64,000 nt of DNA from the human T2T-CHM13v2.0 reference genome, Homo sapiens, in NCBI RefSeq assembly GCF_009914755.1, contig NC_060937.1; one strand, given 5' to 3'. Numbering within the stretch: the first letter of the stretch is position 1; the number at the start of each line of letters is the position of its first letter. A program made the translations under genes and the position numbers. The notes below the pieces were generated by a model. The model was not told where the DNA came from. It searched no databases and saw only the letters and a list, made by a program, of their open reading frames with translations. Of this stretch, positions 33,938-49,301 are shown in pieces.

Positions 33938-34211
33938 GAAACATAATGCATACATCCCTTGCTAAAGGCAGAATGGGAAGATCAGGCTTAATAATTCGTG
34001 TAAAGAAATCTGGGATTTTGGGTTTATTTCTTTGCTTGTTTAGATGATTGGCTCATCAAAACAATAGATGATTGGATCAACAGTGTGATACTGTGCTGTT
34101 TATGTAGTCACTTGTGGTTAGGTCTTTGCTCAAATGTCTCCCCCTCAAAGAGATTCTCCCTCACCATCCAGCTCAATACCAATCGCCATTCCCAGTCACT
34201 TCCTATGATGT

Positions 34212-34739
34212 TGTTGTAGAACTTTGCTCCTTAGTTGAGCTAAAGCCAGGTTCTTGTCACAATGATATAGGAGTTAAGAGGAAATTATTTAGGCAGATAG
34301 GGCACAGGAGTCCTTCATAAGGTTTTCCTTTTAAGGAAAAGCCGGCCCCAAATAACTTTCTTTTCTAACAACAAGCAGCCTGTAAAATCGAGCTGCAGAT
34401 ATAGACTAGCAAGCTAGAAGCTTGCATAGGTGAATGCCGGCAGCTGCGCCAATAGGAAAAAGTTACTTGGGACTACGCATGTTCAAAATGGTGGCTCCAT
34501 CTTCCCTTCTCTTTGCCAGCCATGTGTACAGTAAGGAGCAGGCAACATGGCACAGGCCAAGCAAAGACCTATTTGCATAATAAGATTAAGGTGGGGCCAC
34601 CAGCTTCCCTGCGAGTTATGTAAACATCACACCTGGTTCAACCAATCTTTGGGCCCTATGTAAATCAGACACCGCTTCCTCAAGCCTGTCTGTAAAATCT
34701 GGTGCACTCCACCAAGGGCCAGAATTCCCATTCGGGTGC

Positions 34740-34783
<44 letters not shown>

Positions 34784-35277
34784 TGCACGAGAGAGGGCTG
34801 TTCCCCTTTCTCTTTCTTTTGCCTATTAAACTTTTGCTCCTAGACTCACTCCTTGTATGTGTCTGTATCCTTAATTTTCTTGGCATGAGACAACAAACCT
34901 TGGGTATTACCCCCAGACAAGGATGCTGCTTCAAAATGACCAGGAAAAGTTAGGCACACAGACACACTGAAGGGTGAGGGGAACAGAATTTACTGGGCAA
35001 CAGGAAAAAAGAATAAAAAAACAAAAAACTCTCAGCAAAGTGAGAGGGAGTCGTGAAAAAAAAAAAAAAAAAACTCAGCAAAGTGAGAGAGAGTCATACT
35101 AGCAGGCTCCTATCTCACGGACTGAATACCAGAGGCCACCACACAGGAACTGAAGAGGCCAGGCTCCTCCCCACTGCACACAGAGAACTTCCATGGCTCC
35201 ACCCTATTGTCCCAGCACACAGGCAGGTTGGAGATTCTCCAGGGACCCTCCCCTTTATCTGCCTCCTGCATCTGTCA
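34212..35277 (-). mobile_element. ERV1 LTR (MER61-like), split by a second LTR
   Basis: tgttgtagaactt...ggttcttgtcac|insert|gaccaggaaa...ttatctgcctcctgcatctgtca. Confidence 0.65.
34263..34933 (+). mobile_element. ERV1 solo LTR (MER50-like) nested in the previous LTR
   Basis: tgatataggagttaagaggaaattatttaggcagatag...attaaa...ggatgctgcttca; internal (CT)n(CA)n at 34740-34782. Confidence 0.7.
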
Positions 35278-35289
35278 ACATTAGACTGT

Positions 35290-35468
35290 TTCATGTCCTC
35301 CTAACACTTATAATCTGAGACGATCTGGTGTACTTCCCTGTCTGCTTGGCTAACATCTGTCTCTCCCACTAGAATGTAAGCTCATGTTCACTGCTGTATC
35401 TCTAATATGTAGAACAATGCCTGGCACATAGTCAGCATTCAATAAATGTTTACTGAGTGAACAAATGC
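35290..35468 (+). mobile_element. L2 3' end
   Basis: ctcccactagaatgtaagctc...tgcctggcacatag...tcaataaatgtttactgagtga. Confidence 0.8.
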
Positions 35469-35959
35469 AGGGACCAAAAAAAAAAAAAACCAGTTGCACC
35501 TTAAATTGAATTAATTGGTATCTAGTAGTTGATCACAGAAAACAATAGTTTCTTCGACTTGGTTTGTAAACACAGAGAACATTATATCAGATTTTTGAGT
35601 GCCACACATTTTAAGAAAAATATTGACAAACTAGAGAGACCAAAGCATAGAGAAGGGCACCCAGGATAGTCTACAGACCATCTCATATGAACTTAAGGGG
35701 GAAAGAATGGACATTTAATTAGCAGCTACTATGTACCAAGAACTGTGATAGGTTGCGAAGAAACACACATCTGGTTGTCGCATGTGGGTAACTTGCCTCT
35801 GAATAAAAGATGTGAGTGTACTGATAGGAGAGAGGCCTGTAAGGGTCTAAGCATGGAGCCCTATTCCATGCAGGGAGCTGGGATTCAGCTGAACTTCAGG
35901 TTGGTCTTTGGGAGGATGTTGCCTTCAGCAGAAGCTAGATGGGGAGGAGCAAGTTAGGT

Positions 35960-36374
35960 TGTATTAGGCTGTTCTTGCGTTGCTCTGAAGAAATACCTGA
36001 GGCTGAGTAATTTATAAAGAAAAGAGGCTTAATTGGCTTATGGTTCTGCAGGCTATACAGGAAGCATGGTGCTGGCATCTGCTCAGCTTCTAGGGAGGCC
36101 TCAGGAAGCTCACAATCATGGTGGAAGGTAAAGGGAGAGCAGGCATGTCATATGGTGAAAGCAGGAGCAAGGCGGCGGGGAGGTGTCACACACTTTTAAA
36201 TGACCAGATCGTGTGTGAACTTAGAGAGCTCACTTATCACCAAGGGGATGGCCCCAGCCATTCATGAGGGATCCTCTCCATGATCCAATCACTTCCAACC
36301 AGGCCCCACCTCCAACATTGAGGATTACATTTAAACATGAGATTTGGGTGGGGACAAATATCCAAACTATATCA
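35960..36374 (-). mobile_element. MST (MSTA/B-like) solo LTR
   Basis: tgtattaggctgttcttgc...atatccaaactatatca; TSD taggt/taagt. Confidence 0.88.
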
Positions 36375-36589
36375 TAAGTGAAACTCAGGCTGCTGCACAG
36401 GACCCTGGCTCTCTTGACCTCATCATCTCATGTCAAAGGCCCAGCCTGAACAGTGCTCAAAGGCTTAGCCCTTGGCCAGCCTGGCCTCACCCAGCTGCAC
36501 CTCAGCTCACCTATGTCCTGCTGGGTACACGTGCAGATCAGCACCTGTGGGGCCTGCAGGGGCATAAGTGCCTCTTGTGCCTCTCTGCC

Positions 36590-37343
36590 TGTGATGGTTA
36601 GTTTCATGTGTCAGCTAGGCCAAGCAATAGTATCCACTTATTCAAGTGGATCTAGGTGTTGTGATGAAGGCATTTTGTAGATGGTGAATGTCCACAATCA
36701 GTTGACTTTAAGTAAAGGAGATTGCCCTCTGCTGTGGTTTGAATGTGGCCCCCAAAAAGCATGTGCTGGAAACTTAGTCCCCAGTGCAACAGTGTCAAGA
36801 GGTGGAGCCTAATGGGAGGTGTTTAGGTTATGAGGGCTCCACTCTCATGAATGGATTAATGCTAATTATAAAAGGGCTTGAGGCTGTGAGTTCAATCTCT
36901 TGTTCTCTTTCACTCTCCCTTTCACTCTTCTGCCATGTGATAATGCAGCAAGAAGGCCCTCACAAGATGCCAACCCCTGGATCTTGGATTTCCCAGCCTC
37001 CAGAACTGTGAGAAATTGTCTGTTATAGATCTCCCAGTCTCAGGTATTATGTTATAGCAACACAAAACAGACTAAGACATCCTTGATAATATGAATGGGC
37101 CTCACACAGTTAGCTGCAGGGCTGAAGAGCAAAGCTGAGGTTTCTCTGAGGAAGAAGAAATTTCATCTCAAGGCTGCAGTATCAGCTCCTGTGGGAGAGT
37201 TTCCAGCCTGCTGGCCTGCCCTACAAATTTCAGATGTCAGCTCCACAACCCTGTGAGCCAATTCCCTGAAACAAATCTCTTAATACAACACATATGCACA
37301 CATGCACATGCACACTTCTATGCCACTGGTGGTTCCGTATCTC
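36590..37343 (+). mobile_element. MLT2 (ERVL) LTR split by an MST LTR
   Basis: tgtgatggttagtttcatgtgtcagct...gactttaagtaaaggagattgccctc|insert|gataatatgaatgggcctc...ctctggagaatcctga. Confidence 0.78.
36730..37079 (+). mobile_element. MST (MSTC/D-like) solo LTR
   Basis: tgctgtggtttgaatgtggccccc...cagactaagaca. Confidence 0.82.
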
Positions 37344-37726
37344 TGGAGAATCCTGAGTGATATGTTGCCCCACCTGTCAAGGGGCAGGAGCTCCAATACG
37401 CTCTTCTCTCTCTACCCCAGGCTTCAGAACAAGTGTCTTTTCTGCTCTTGCCTGATTAAATCCTGTGCATTAACATCAGATCTCAGCCCAATGGACACTT
37501 CCTGGGATGCGGCTTCTTTGACTACTCATGCCAAGCTCAGCCCTCACTCACGTCATAAGGTGGAAAGCTTCATCCCTATCGGGGAAGGAGATGAGTTTCT
37601 CAAGCCCCATGGACCTCACTCCTGGAACAGTGCTAGCAAGTGGTAGTTTTCCACAAATATTTGTGGAATGTGTACCAGGCTGAAAATTTACTCTCACCCT
37701 TCATGGATACACAAATACATGCAGTT

Positions 37727-38893
37727 GTTTTTTTTTTTGAAAATTTTTAAATGGATACATAATAATTGTACATATTTATGAGTATATAGGGATGTTGCAG
37801 TACATACAATGTATAGTGATCAGATCAGGGTAATTAGCATATTCATCATCGCAAACACGTATCACTTCTTTGTATTGGGAACATTCGCTATCCCCCTTCT
37901 AGGTATTTAAACTGTATATTATTGTTAACTATAGTCATCCTGTGTCCGGAATTTATTCCTTCTGGTGGGTTCTTGGTCTCCCTGACTTTAAGAATGAAGC
38001 CGCAGACCTTCGCAGTGAGTGTTACAGCTCTTAAAGGTGGTGTGTCCGGCGTTTGTTCCTTCAGATGTTCAGATGTGTCCGGAGTTTCTTCCTTCTGGTG
38101 GGTTCGTGGTCTTGCTGACTTTAGGAGTGAAGCTGGAGACCTTCGCAGTGAGTGTTACAGATCCTAAAGGTGGTGCATCCAGAGTTGTTTGTTCCTCCTG
38201 GTGGGTTTGTGGTCTCGCTGACTTCAGGAATGAAGCCGCAGACCCTTGTGGTGAGTGTTACAGCTCATAAAGATAGTGCGGACCCAAAGAGTGAGCAGCA
38301 GCAATATTTATTGTGAAGAGCAAAAGAACAAAGCTTCTACAACATGGTAATTGCCGCTGCTGGCTCAGGTGGCCAGCTTTTATTCCCTTATTTGGGCCCG
38401 CCCACGTCCGGCTGTTTGGTCCATTTCACAGAGGGCTGATTGGTATATTTTACAGAGTGCTGATTGGTGCATTTACAGTCCTTTAGCTAGACACAGAGCG
38501 CTGATTGGTGCATTTACTATCCTTTAGCTAGACACAGAGCACAGATTGGTGCATTTACAATCCTCTAGCTAGAAAGAAAAGTTCTCCAAGTCCTCACTCG
38601 ACCCAGGAAGTCCAGCTGGCTTCACCTCTCAATCCTACAGTGGTATAGAACACTAGAACTTTTCTTCCTATCCTGTCATTCTCAGCAACATGGATAGAAC
38701 TGGAGGATTATGTTAAGTGATACAAGCCAGGAACAGAAAGTTAAACACCGCCTGTTCTCACTCATATGTGAAAGCTAAAAAAAAGTTAATCTCATAAAAA
38801 TAAAAAGTAGAAAAAAGGATACTAGAAGCTGGGAAGAGTAGGGGAAAGGGGTGGGGATAGAAAGAGACTTGTTAAACCATACAAAATTACAGC
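37727..38893 (-). mobile_element. 5'-truncated, 5'-inverted L1MA-type element
   Basis: Antisense 3' end at 37727-38672 (interrupted by LTR12) joined to a sense upstream segment at 38670-38893; gcagtt at both outer ends. Confidence 0.8.
37941..38631 (-). mobile_element. ERV9 solo LTR, short LTR12 type (691 bp)
   Basis: tgtgtccggaatt...ttcacctctca; perfect TSD atcc at 37937-37940 and 38632-38635; four gattgg boxes; ttttatt at 38378-38384. Confidence 0.93.
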
Positions 38894-39378
38894 AGTTCTC
38901 TAATCTTCTATAAGAGATCTTCCTCTGAGTGTAGCACTCTGCTGAACAGTAAAAGAAAACATTAAACTACTTTAATTGTGAAGTATTTGTTTTGTCATTC
39001 TTTACTAGTTTAGGTAGTCTTTTTTGGGAAGAAATTAACAGACAAGAAATAACAAAAGTTTCTAGAAGCAAGCACGCTGTAAAAACATTTTTCCTTTTGC
39101 TATAATTCAGCACTGTAGATGTTTTGTAGCTCTGCAATTTCTATCCACTTTGTGTTTGTCTTCACTGGACCTTGGAAATGTCATTTCTAAAGAAATGATG
39201 CAAATAAAATAACCTAGAAGCAACCTCTAACCTTGTAAACTGAATTCAAAAGATACCCTTTAGTTTACATGGTTTTCAATTTCTGTAAAATTCATATGGT
39301 TACTAGTTATTTTTTCCTTTATCAACTTAACGTAAACTACCAAAACATTAAAATTCTGCCTATGTGCTTGTGTTGGAA

Positions 39379-39671
39379 TTTTTTTTTTTTGAGACAGCAT
39401 CTTCTCTGTCACCCAGTCTGGGGTGCTGGGGTGCAATCTCAGTTAACTGCAACCTCCCCCTCCCGGGTTCAATCCATTCTCTTGCCTCAGCCTCCCAAGT
39501 TGCTGGGACTGCAGGCACGCACCACCATGCCCAGCTAATTTTTGTATTTTTAGTAGAGATGGGGTTTCACCATGTTGGCCAGGCTGGTCTCAAATTCCTG
39601 ACCTCAAGTGATCTGTCCGCCTCAGCCTCCCAAAGTGCTAGGATTACAGTTATGAGCCACCACACCAAGCT
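39379..39671 (-). mobile_element. AluS
   Basis: Full antisense dimer. Confidence 0.93.
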
Positions 39672-39939
39672 GGATTTTTTTTTTTAAATTCTGGTTAAAT
39701 TTTAACCTTTTCTAGAAAAAATGTTATAAACAAATATGTTGATATTTTATGCTTCATGTTAAAAGTATTAACAATTGAAACTTCCATTAAGGAATCTTTT
39801 TTTCACAGGTTTTGTTGACTTGTAATGCTCAATAAAGACTATATTTGTAAAAAAAGATCTTTTGGATTTTTGGATGATTGATCCCTTTTGAATAAATGCT
39901 CTTATTTTCAAGGTTTTAAACAACATCAATTCAATATTG

Positions 39940-40051
39940 GCCTCTTCTGGTGATAGCTCTCTTCCTGGCTTGGAGACAGCTGTCTTCTCACCATGCTCAC
40001 ATGGTGGGGAGAGAGAGAGAGAGACAGAGTGAGCGAGCGAGAGAGAGAGAC

Positions 40052-40086
<35 letters not shown>

Positions 40087-40260
40087 AAGCTCTCTGGCTT
40101 CTCTTCTTATAAGGGCACTGGTCCCATCGAGAGGACTCCACTGCCATGAACTCATCTAATTCTAATTACCGCTCAGGGACCCCCTCTTCAAATACTATCA
40201 CTCTGGGAGTTAGGGCTCCAAAATATGAATTTTGGGGGGGACACAATTCAGTTCATTACA
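39940..40260 (-). mobile_element. MLT1A-like LTR fragment containing a (GA)n tract at 40009-40084
   Basis: ctcttcctggcttg...tcttataagggcact...tatgaattttggggggacac. Confidence 0.75.
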
Positions 40261-40863
40261 GGGCATTTGCCTGACCTCGTGGTAGCAGGGTAGGATGGGA
40301 TCCCGGAACTTCACTCAGTCTTCTAGACATGGGTAATTCTCTGCTGTGAAGTCTCTGGTGTTTCCTAGTCCCTGGACTGGTGACCGCTGCAATGTGATGG
40401 CCCCATCTGGCCTTCTGGGATGGCAGGCTGACAGCTGGCCCTGGACTCTGGCACAGGGCTGCCTCCTGTGGTTCTCACCTGGTCTCTACTGGCCGATTAG
40501 CTCTCTCAGAGGTTCCCCAGCCCAGCAAGCTCCCAAACACTTGGGGTTCTCCTGCAGGCATGCTCAGGTGTGGTGAGCGAGGAGCACCTCCCGTTCTCAG
40601 GGCAGCCCTCTCACCCACATACTGCACTGCAGGTGGACACAAGTGTAGGGATTGGGAGGACCCATAGAGGACCTCTTAGAGGCTCCAGAGAGGCCATGGT
40701 AGGGAAGCAGGCCACTGGCACTGGCATTCTCAGGGGCCTCTGTCCTCTCTGAATGTTTCCATGACAGGATGAGGAAATGAGGATCCTGGCATCCTCCATC
40801 CTCCATTTCCATGCTCTTCTTCCACACTCCAAAATCCTTATCACTGCCGGTAAGGAAGGCCCT

Positions 40864-41406
40864 TGTGCAGAATGAGGGAGCACAGCAGGTCTAACTGCCA
40901 CCCCCAGAAAGGCCTGCTTGCAAGGCTGGCCCTGGGCTGGTGTCTGGGAACTTAGATTTTAGGAAGGTCACACTGTTCACTGATAAGAGTGGCTCACTGC
41001 GCCTGGACTGTTTGTGTAAACAATACGGTTTGTGTAGAACATCTGCTTTCCTTCTGAGAGTTGGGAGTTTGGTACACACCAGGCAGTTCACTGCGTGATC
41101 AACCCTCAATAAAAACCTTGGGCACTGAGTCTGTGATGGCTTCTGGGCAGACAGCAGTTCTCACATGTTCTTACAACTTGTGGCTGGGGGAACTAAGCGT
41201 GCCCTGTATGATGACCTGGGGAGACGGCTCTGGAAGTTGGCACCTGGTTTCCCTGACTCTGCCCCACATGCCCTTTCCCTCTGCTGATTTTGCTTGGGAT
41301 CTGTTCTCTGGAATAAGTCATAGGCGTGAGTCTGGCCTCATGCTGAGTCCCGTGGCCTTCTAGTAAATCGCTGAACCTGGGGGTGGTCTTGGGGACCCCT
41401 CACACA
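40864..41406 (+). mobile_element. ERVL solo LTR (MER68-like)
   Basis: tgtgcagaa...aaaggcctgcttgcaagg...aataaaaacc...ggggacccctcacaca; perfect TSD gccct at 40859-40863 and 41407-41411. Confidence 0.82.
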
Positions 41407-41589
41407 GCCCTCCATCGCCTGGTCTGGGTGCTTCTATGACCTCATCGCCTCTCCCTCTCCCCCTCACTACTGTCTCCAAACTCATGGTAACATCCTATTC
41501 CCTTTGCCTGGAGCACCTTCCCCTACATCACATGTAGGTTGCATGCTCACCTCATTCAGGTCTCTGCTGGAAAGCCTTTCTTGACTACC

Positions 41590-42412
41590 TGTATTGGTCA
41601 GAGTTTTCCAGAAAAGACAGAACCAATAGGATGTATGTATATATAAAGGGAGATTTATTGTAAGGAATTGGCTCACACCATCAAGGAAGCTGGCAAGTCC
41701 CAAGATCTTCAGGGCGAGTCAGCAAGCTGGAGACCCAGGAGAACCATAGTGTCATTCCAGTAAAGAGGCGGGGTGGGTGCAGTGGCTCATGCCCATAATC
41801 CCAGTACTCTAGGAGGCTGAGGCAGGCAGATTAATCACTGGAAACCAGGAATTAAAGACCAGCCTAGGCAATATGGTGAAACTCCATCTCTACAAAAAAA
41901 TACAAAAATTAGGCAGTCGTGGTGGTGTGCACCTGTAGTCCCAGCTACTCGGGAGGCTGAGGCAGGAGGAACAGCTAAGCCTGGGGAGGTCAAGGCTGCA
42001 GGGAGCCGTGATTGCACCACTATACTCCAGCCTGGGCAACAGAGTGAGACCCTGTCTTAAGAAAAAAAAAAAAAAAAAAAAAAAGGCCAGCCAGCTCAAG
42101 ACCTGGGAAGAGCCATGTTTTCCTTCGAGTCTGAAAGTTTGGAAAAAAAGCCAACGTTCTGGTTCCAAGGCCCTCAAGCAGGAGGAATGCTCTCTTACTT
42201 ACAAGGGGGTCTACCTGCTTGTTCTGTTCAGTCCGTCAACTGACTGGATGAGGCACATCCACATCAGAGAAGGCAGCCTGCTTTACTCCATCTGCGGATT
42301 TAAATGTTAATCTCATCCCCAACATCCTCACAGAAACAGCCAGAATAACATTTGACCAAATGCCAGGGCATTCTATGGCCTGGTGAGGTTGACACATAGA
42401 ATTAACCATCAC
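41590..42412 (-). mobile_element. MLT2B-like LTR inserted in L2 and interrupted by an Alu
   Basis: tgtattggtcagagttttccaga...acagaaccaatagga...ttgacacatagaattaaccatcac. Confidence 0.85.
41770..42084 (+). mobile_element. AluJ
   Basis: gaggtcaaggctgcag...; long A tail. Confidence 0.9.
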
Positions 42413-42520
42413 TCTAGCCCAGGGTAAAATCGCGCCTGCCCCACTGTTCTCTATTCCCTCACCTGCCTTCATTTTTGTTGTTAGTGCTTACCACCTGATA
42501 GGTGTATATTTATTTGTTTA

Positions 42521-42826
42521 TTTTCTTTCTTTTTTTTTTTTTTTTGAGATGGAGTCTCGCTCTGTCACCCAGGCTGGAGTGCAGTGCCACGATCTTGGCT
42601 CACTGCAGTTCCGCCTCCTGGGTTCACGCCATTCTCTTGCCTCAGCCTCCTGAGTAGCGGGGACTATAGACGCCCACCACCATGCCTGGATAATTTTTTG
42701 TATTTTTAGTAGAGACGGTGTTTCACCGTGTTAGCCAGGCTGGTCTCGATCTCCTGACCTCGTGATTCCCCCCGCCTTGGCCTCCCAAAGTGCTGAGATT
42801 ACAGGCATGAGCCACCCTGCCCGGCC
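42521..42826 (-). mobile_element. AluY
   Basis: ttcacgccattctc, gtgttagcc; TSD tatttgtttattttct. Confidence 0.92.
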
Positions 42827-43220
42827 TATTTGTTTATTTTCTTATTGTCTCCCCCAACCCTACCCCATCAGAATGAAAACTCCATGAATCAAGGATTTTT
42901 ATTTTTTTTCTGATTTGATTAAACCATTTTGAAGGATGTATAGGTGAAATGATTTGCTTTAAAAACTTCATCAAATTAAAAATCTCTGTCAAACCCAGGA
43001 ACAGCAGAAACTCACTTGAGAAATTGTCTAAGACAAAATGCATTTTTGAGTTTACATTGTTATCACACGATTAAGACAGGTTACCATGTGATCATTACTA
43101 CCAGTATTTTAATAACATGTATTTTAAAAATTTAGCATAAACATTTTCAAACAAAAGTAGAAAGGATAGAATAGATTTTCATAATACAAAGTCTTAAGTT
43201 ATCATCAAGATTTGGGCCAG

Positions 43221-43541
43221 GGCCAGCTATAGTGGCTTATGCCTGCAATCTCAGCACTCTGGGAGGTCGAGGTAGAATGATCACTTGAGACCAGGATTTG
43301 AGACCAGCCTGAGCAACATAGTGTGAGACCCCATCTCCACAGAAAAATTCTCAAAAATTAGTAGAGTGTGGTGGCATGCGCCCATAGTCCCACCTACTTA
43401 GGAGGCTAAAGCTGGGTGGGGGAGTGCGGGGGCTGGGGGGCGGTGGCTTGAGCTCAGGAGGTTGAGACTACAGTGAGCTATGATCATGCCACTGTACTCC
43501 AGCCTTGGTGACAGAGTGAAAGCCTGTCTTTAAAAAATAAA
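43221..43541 (+). mobile_element. AluJ with a G-rich insertion
   Basis: Diverged J dimer; G-tracts at 43414-43440. Confidence 0.88.
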
Positions 43542-43548
43542 TTTTGTG

Positions 43549-44170
<622 letters not shown>

Positions 44171-44928
44171 CATATGCTTTTTAACAAAAATGTTTATTTT
44201 TAAAAACACAGAATAAATGAGGGAACAAAAATGAAATTTGCATGAACATTGAAAATATGGTCTAGTTAAAGACACTGAGAACCATGGAATTAAGGCATAA
44301 GAACCCCTCTGGTTCCTTGCATAGATGGAGTTTGCTGTGGGGGATGTTGATTGAATTACAGTCTGTTTCCTGCTAATCTAAGGAAAATAATGATTTTAAT
44401 TTCTGTATTTTGAAAGGCAGGGATATCAAGGTGCTGGGGTGGTCTTGTTGTCTGGAGTGTCTGGTTCCAGTGCCCGGCGCATGCTAGGCTCTTTGTGTAT
44501 AGTTGAAAAATTAGACAATTTGGTCAATAGCTATTCTAAAAAAATCTGTCAGTATTTTGTCTTACGATTGAATATGATTGTCAGAGAACTCGTTTCCGGT
44601 CTCGGCTTTTCTGTTTTTGATGGTGGGCCCTGGGCAAGTTGATCACCTCCCCAGCCTCAGTTTTGTCTTTTATAATATGTTTTACAAAAAGTAAAATTTA
44701 AAATACAATGATCTCTGGCATGCATTTTTCCTCAAAACATCATTTTGTATAATCCAGTTTGGGAAATGCTATTTTTGGATTTTGAATCAAACAGAACACA
44801 CACGCTAAAACCTGGTCCGAGCAAACAACAAGCCGGCCAGAAACCTGTGTTTGGTAAGTTGCATTGTTTTTCTACTTGTCCCCTCCCTGCCCTTCAGCAT
44901 TTAGTGAAAAATTTTTTCACTAAAAAAA

Positions 44929-45122
44929 TCAAGTGATTTTCCTGCCTCAGCCTCCCAAGTAGCTGGGACTACTGCCACCATGCCCAGCTAATTTTTGCAT
45001 TTTTAGTAGAGACAGGGTTTCACCATGTTGGCCAGGATGGTCTTGATCTCTTGACTTCGTGATCCTCATGCCTTGGCCTCCCAAAGTGCTGGGATTACAG
45101 GCATGAGCCACCGCACCTGGCC
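44929..45122 (-). mobile_element. AluSc-like element with its 3' third missing
   Basis: Starts at tcaagtgattttcctgcc; TSD agtgaaaaattt at 44903-44914 and 45123-45134. Confidence 0.9.
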
Positions 45123-45364
45123 AGTGAAAAATTTGAAAAGCTGCAGTGCAACTCAAAAGTAAGAAGAACACAATAATGGGATTGGACTATGCCTAGCATA
45201 TTAATTAGGCCTCTCTTGATAATAAGTAGGGAAACCAGCTCTGACTAGCTAATGTGATCATAGACTTTGTTACTAGGGAACTGCAAGATTCCAGGGCAAG
45301 GACACAGCCAGGCCTTCAAGATGGAGCCAGGGCCTGCTGTGCCATAGAGAATCCAAGAAATCTT

Positions 45365-46723
<1,359 letters not shown>

Positions 46724-46731
46724 TGATGCGA

Positions 46732-47822
<1,091 letters not shown>

Positions 47823-47839
47823 ACGATACAGCAATTGAT

Positions 47840-48261
<422 letters not shown>

Positions 48262-48535
48262 TCAGGCCCATCCTGCTGCCCAGGCAGGATGGTTTAGGTA
48301 TTATCTGTGGAAGGGCTGCAGGGGCTGGTGGTCAGATTATCTCACAGATGCCCGCTGCACTGGTTCAGAGAAGGAGCAGCACAGCTGGTGCAGGCAGGGA
48401 GGTGAGGAAACACCGAGGGAAGGGGAAGGCCAGGGAACCAGAGGTACCGGCTGGGTTCGCCACTGCTTTGCAACAGGATGGTGTTCCCCTTAGGCTGTTC
48501 TTTTTTCCTTTTCCTTTCTTTCTTTTTTAAAAAAG

Positions 48536-48665
48536 GGGCTGAGCTCACACCTGTAATTCTAGCACTTTGAGAGGCCAAGGCAGGCAGATTGCCTGAGCTC
48601 AGGAGTTCGGGACCAGCCTAGGCAACATGGTGAAACCTTGTCTCTACTAAAAATACAAAAAATTA
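48536..48665 (+). mobile_element. Alu left arm with the uncommon gcctgagctcagg motif
   Basis: ctcacacctgtaattctagcac...ctactaaaaatacaaaaaatta. Confidence 0.88.
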
Positions 48666-48673
48666 TTTATTTT

Positions 48674-49301
<628 letters not shown>

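Noticed and set aside
39060-39215. Minus-strand acceptor-like site (ttatttgcatcatttctttag) in unique sequence
   Set aside because: No convincing matching donor or coding signal; such motifs arise by chance in AT-rich DNA and need RNA-seq evidence.
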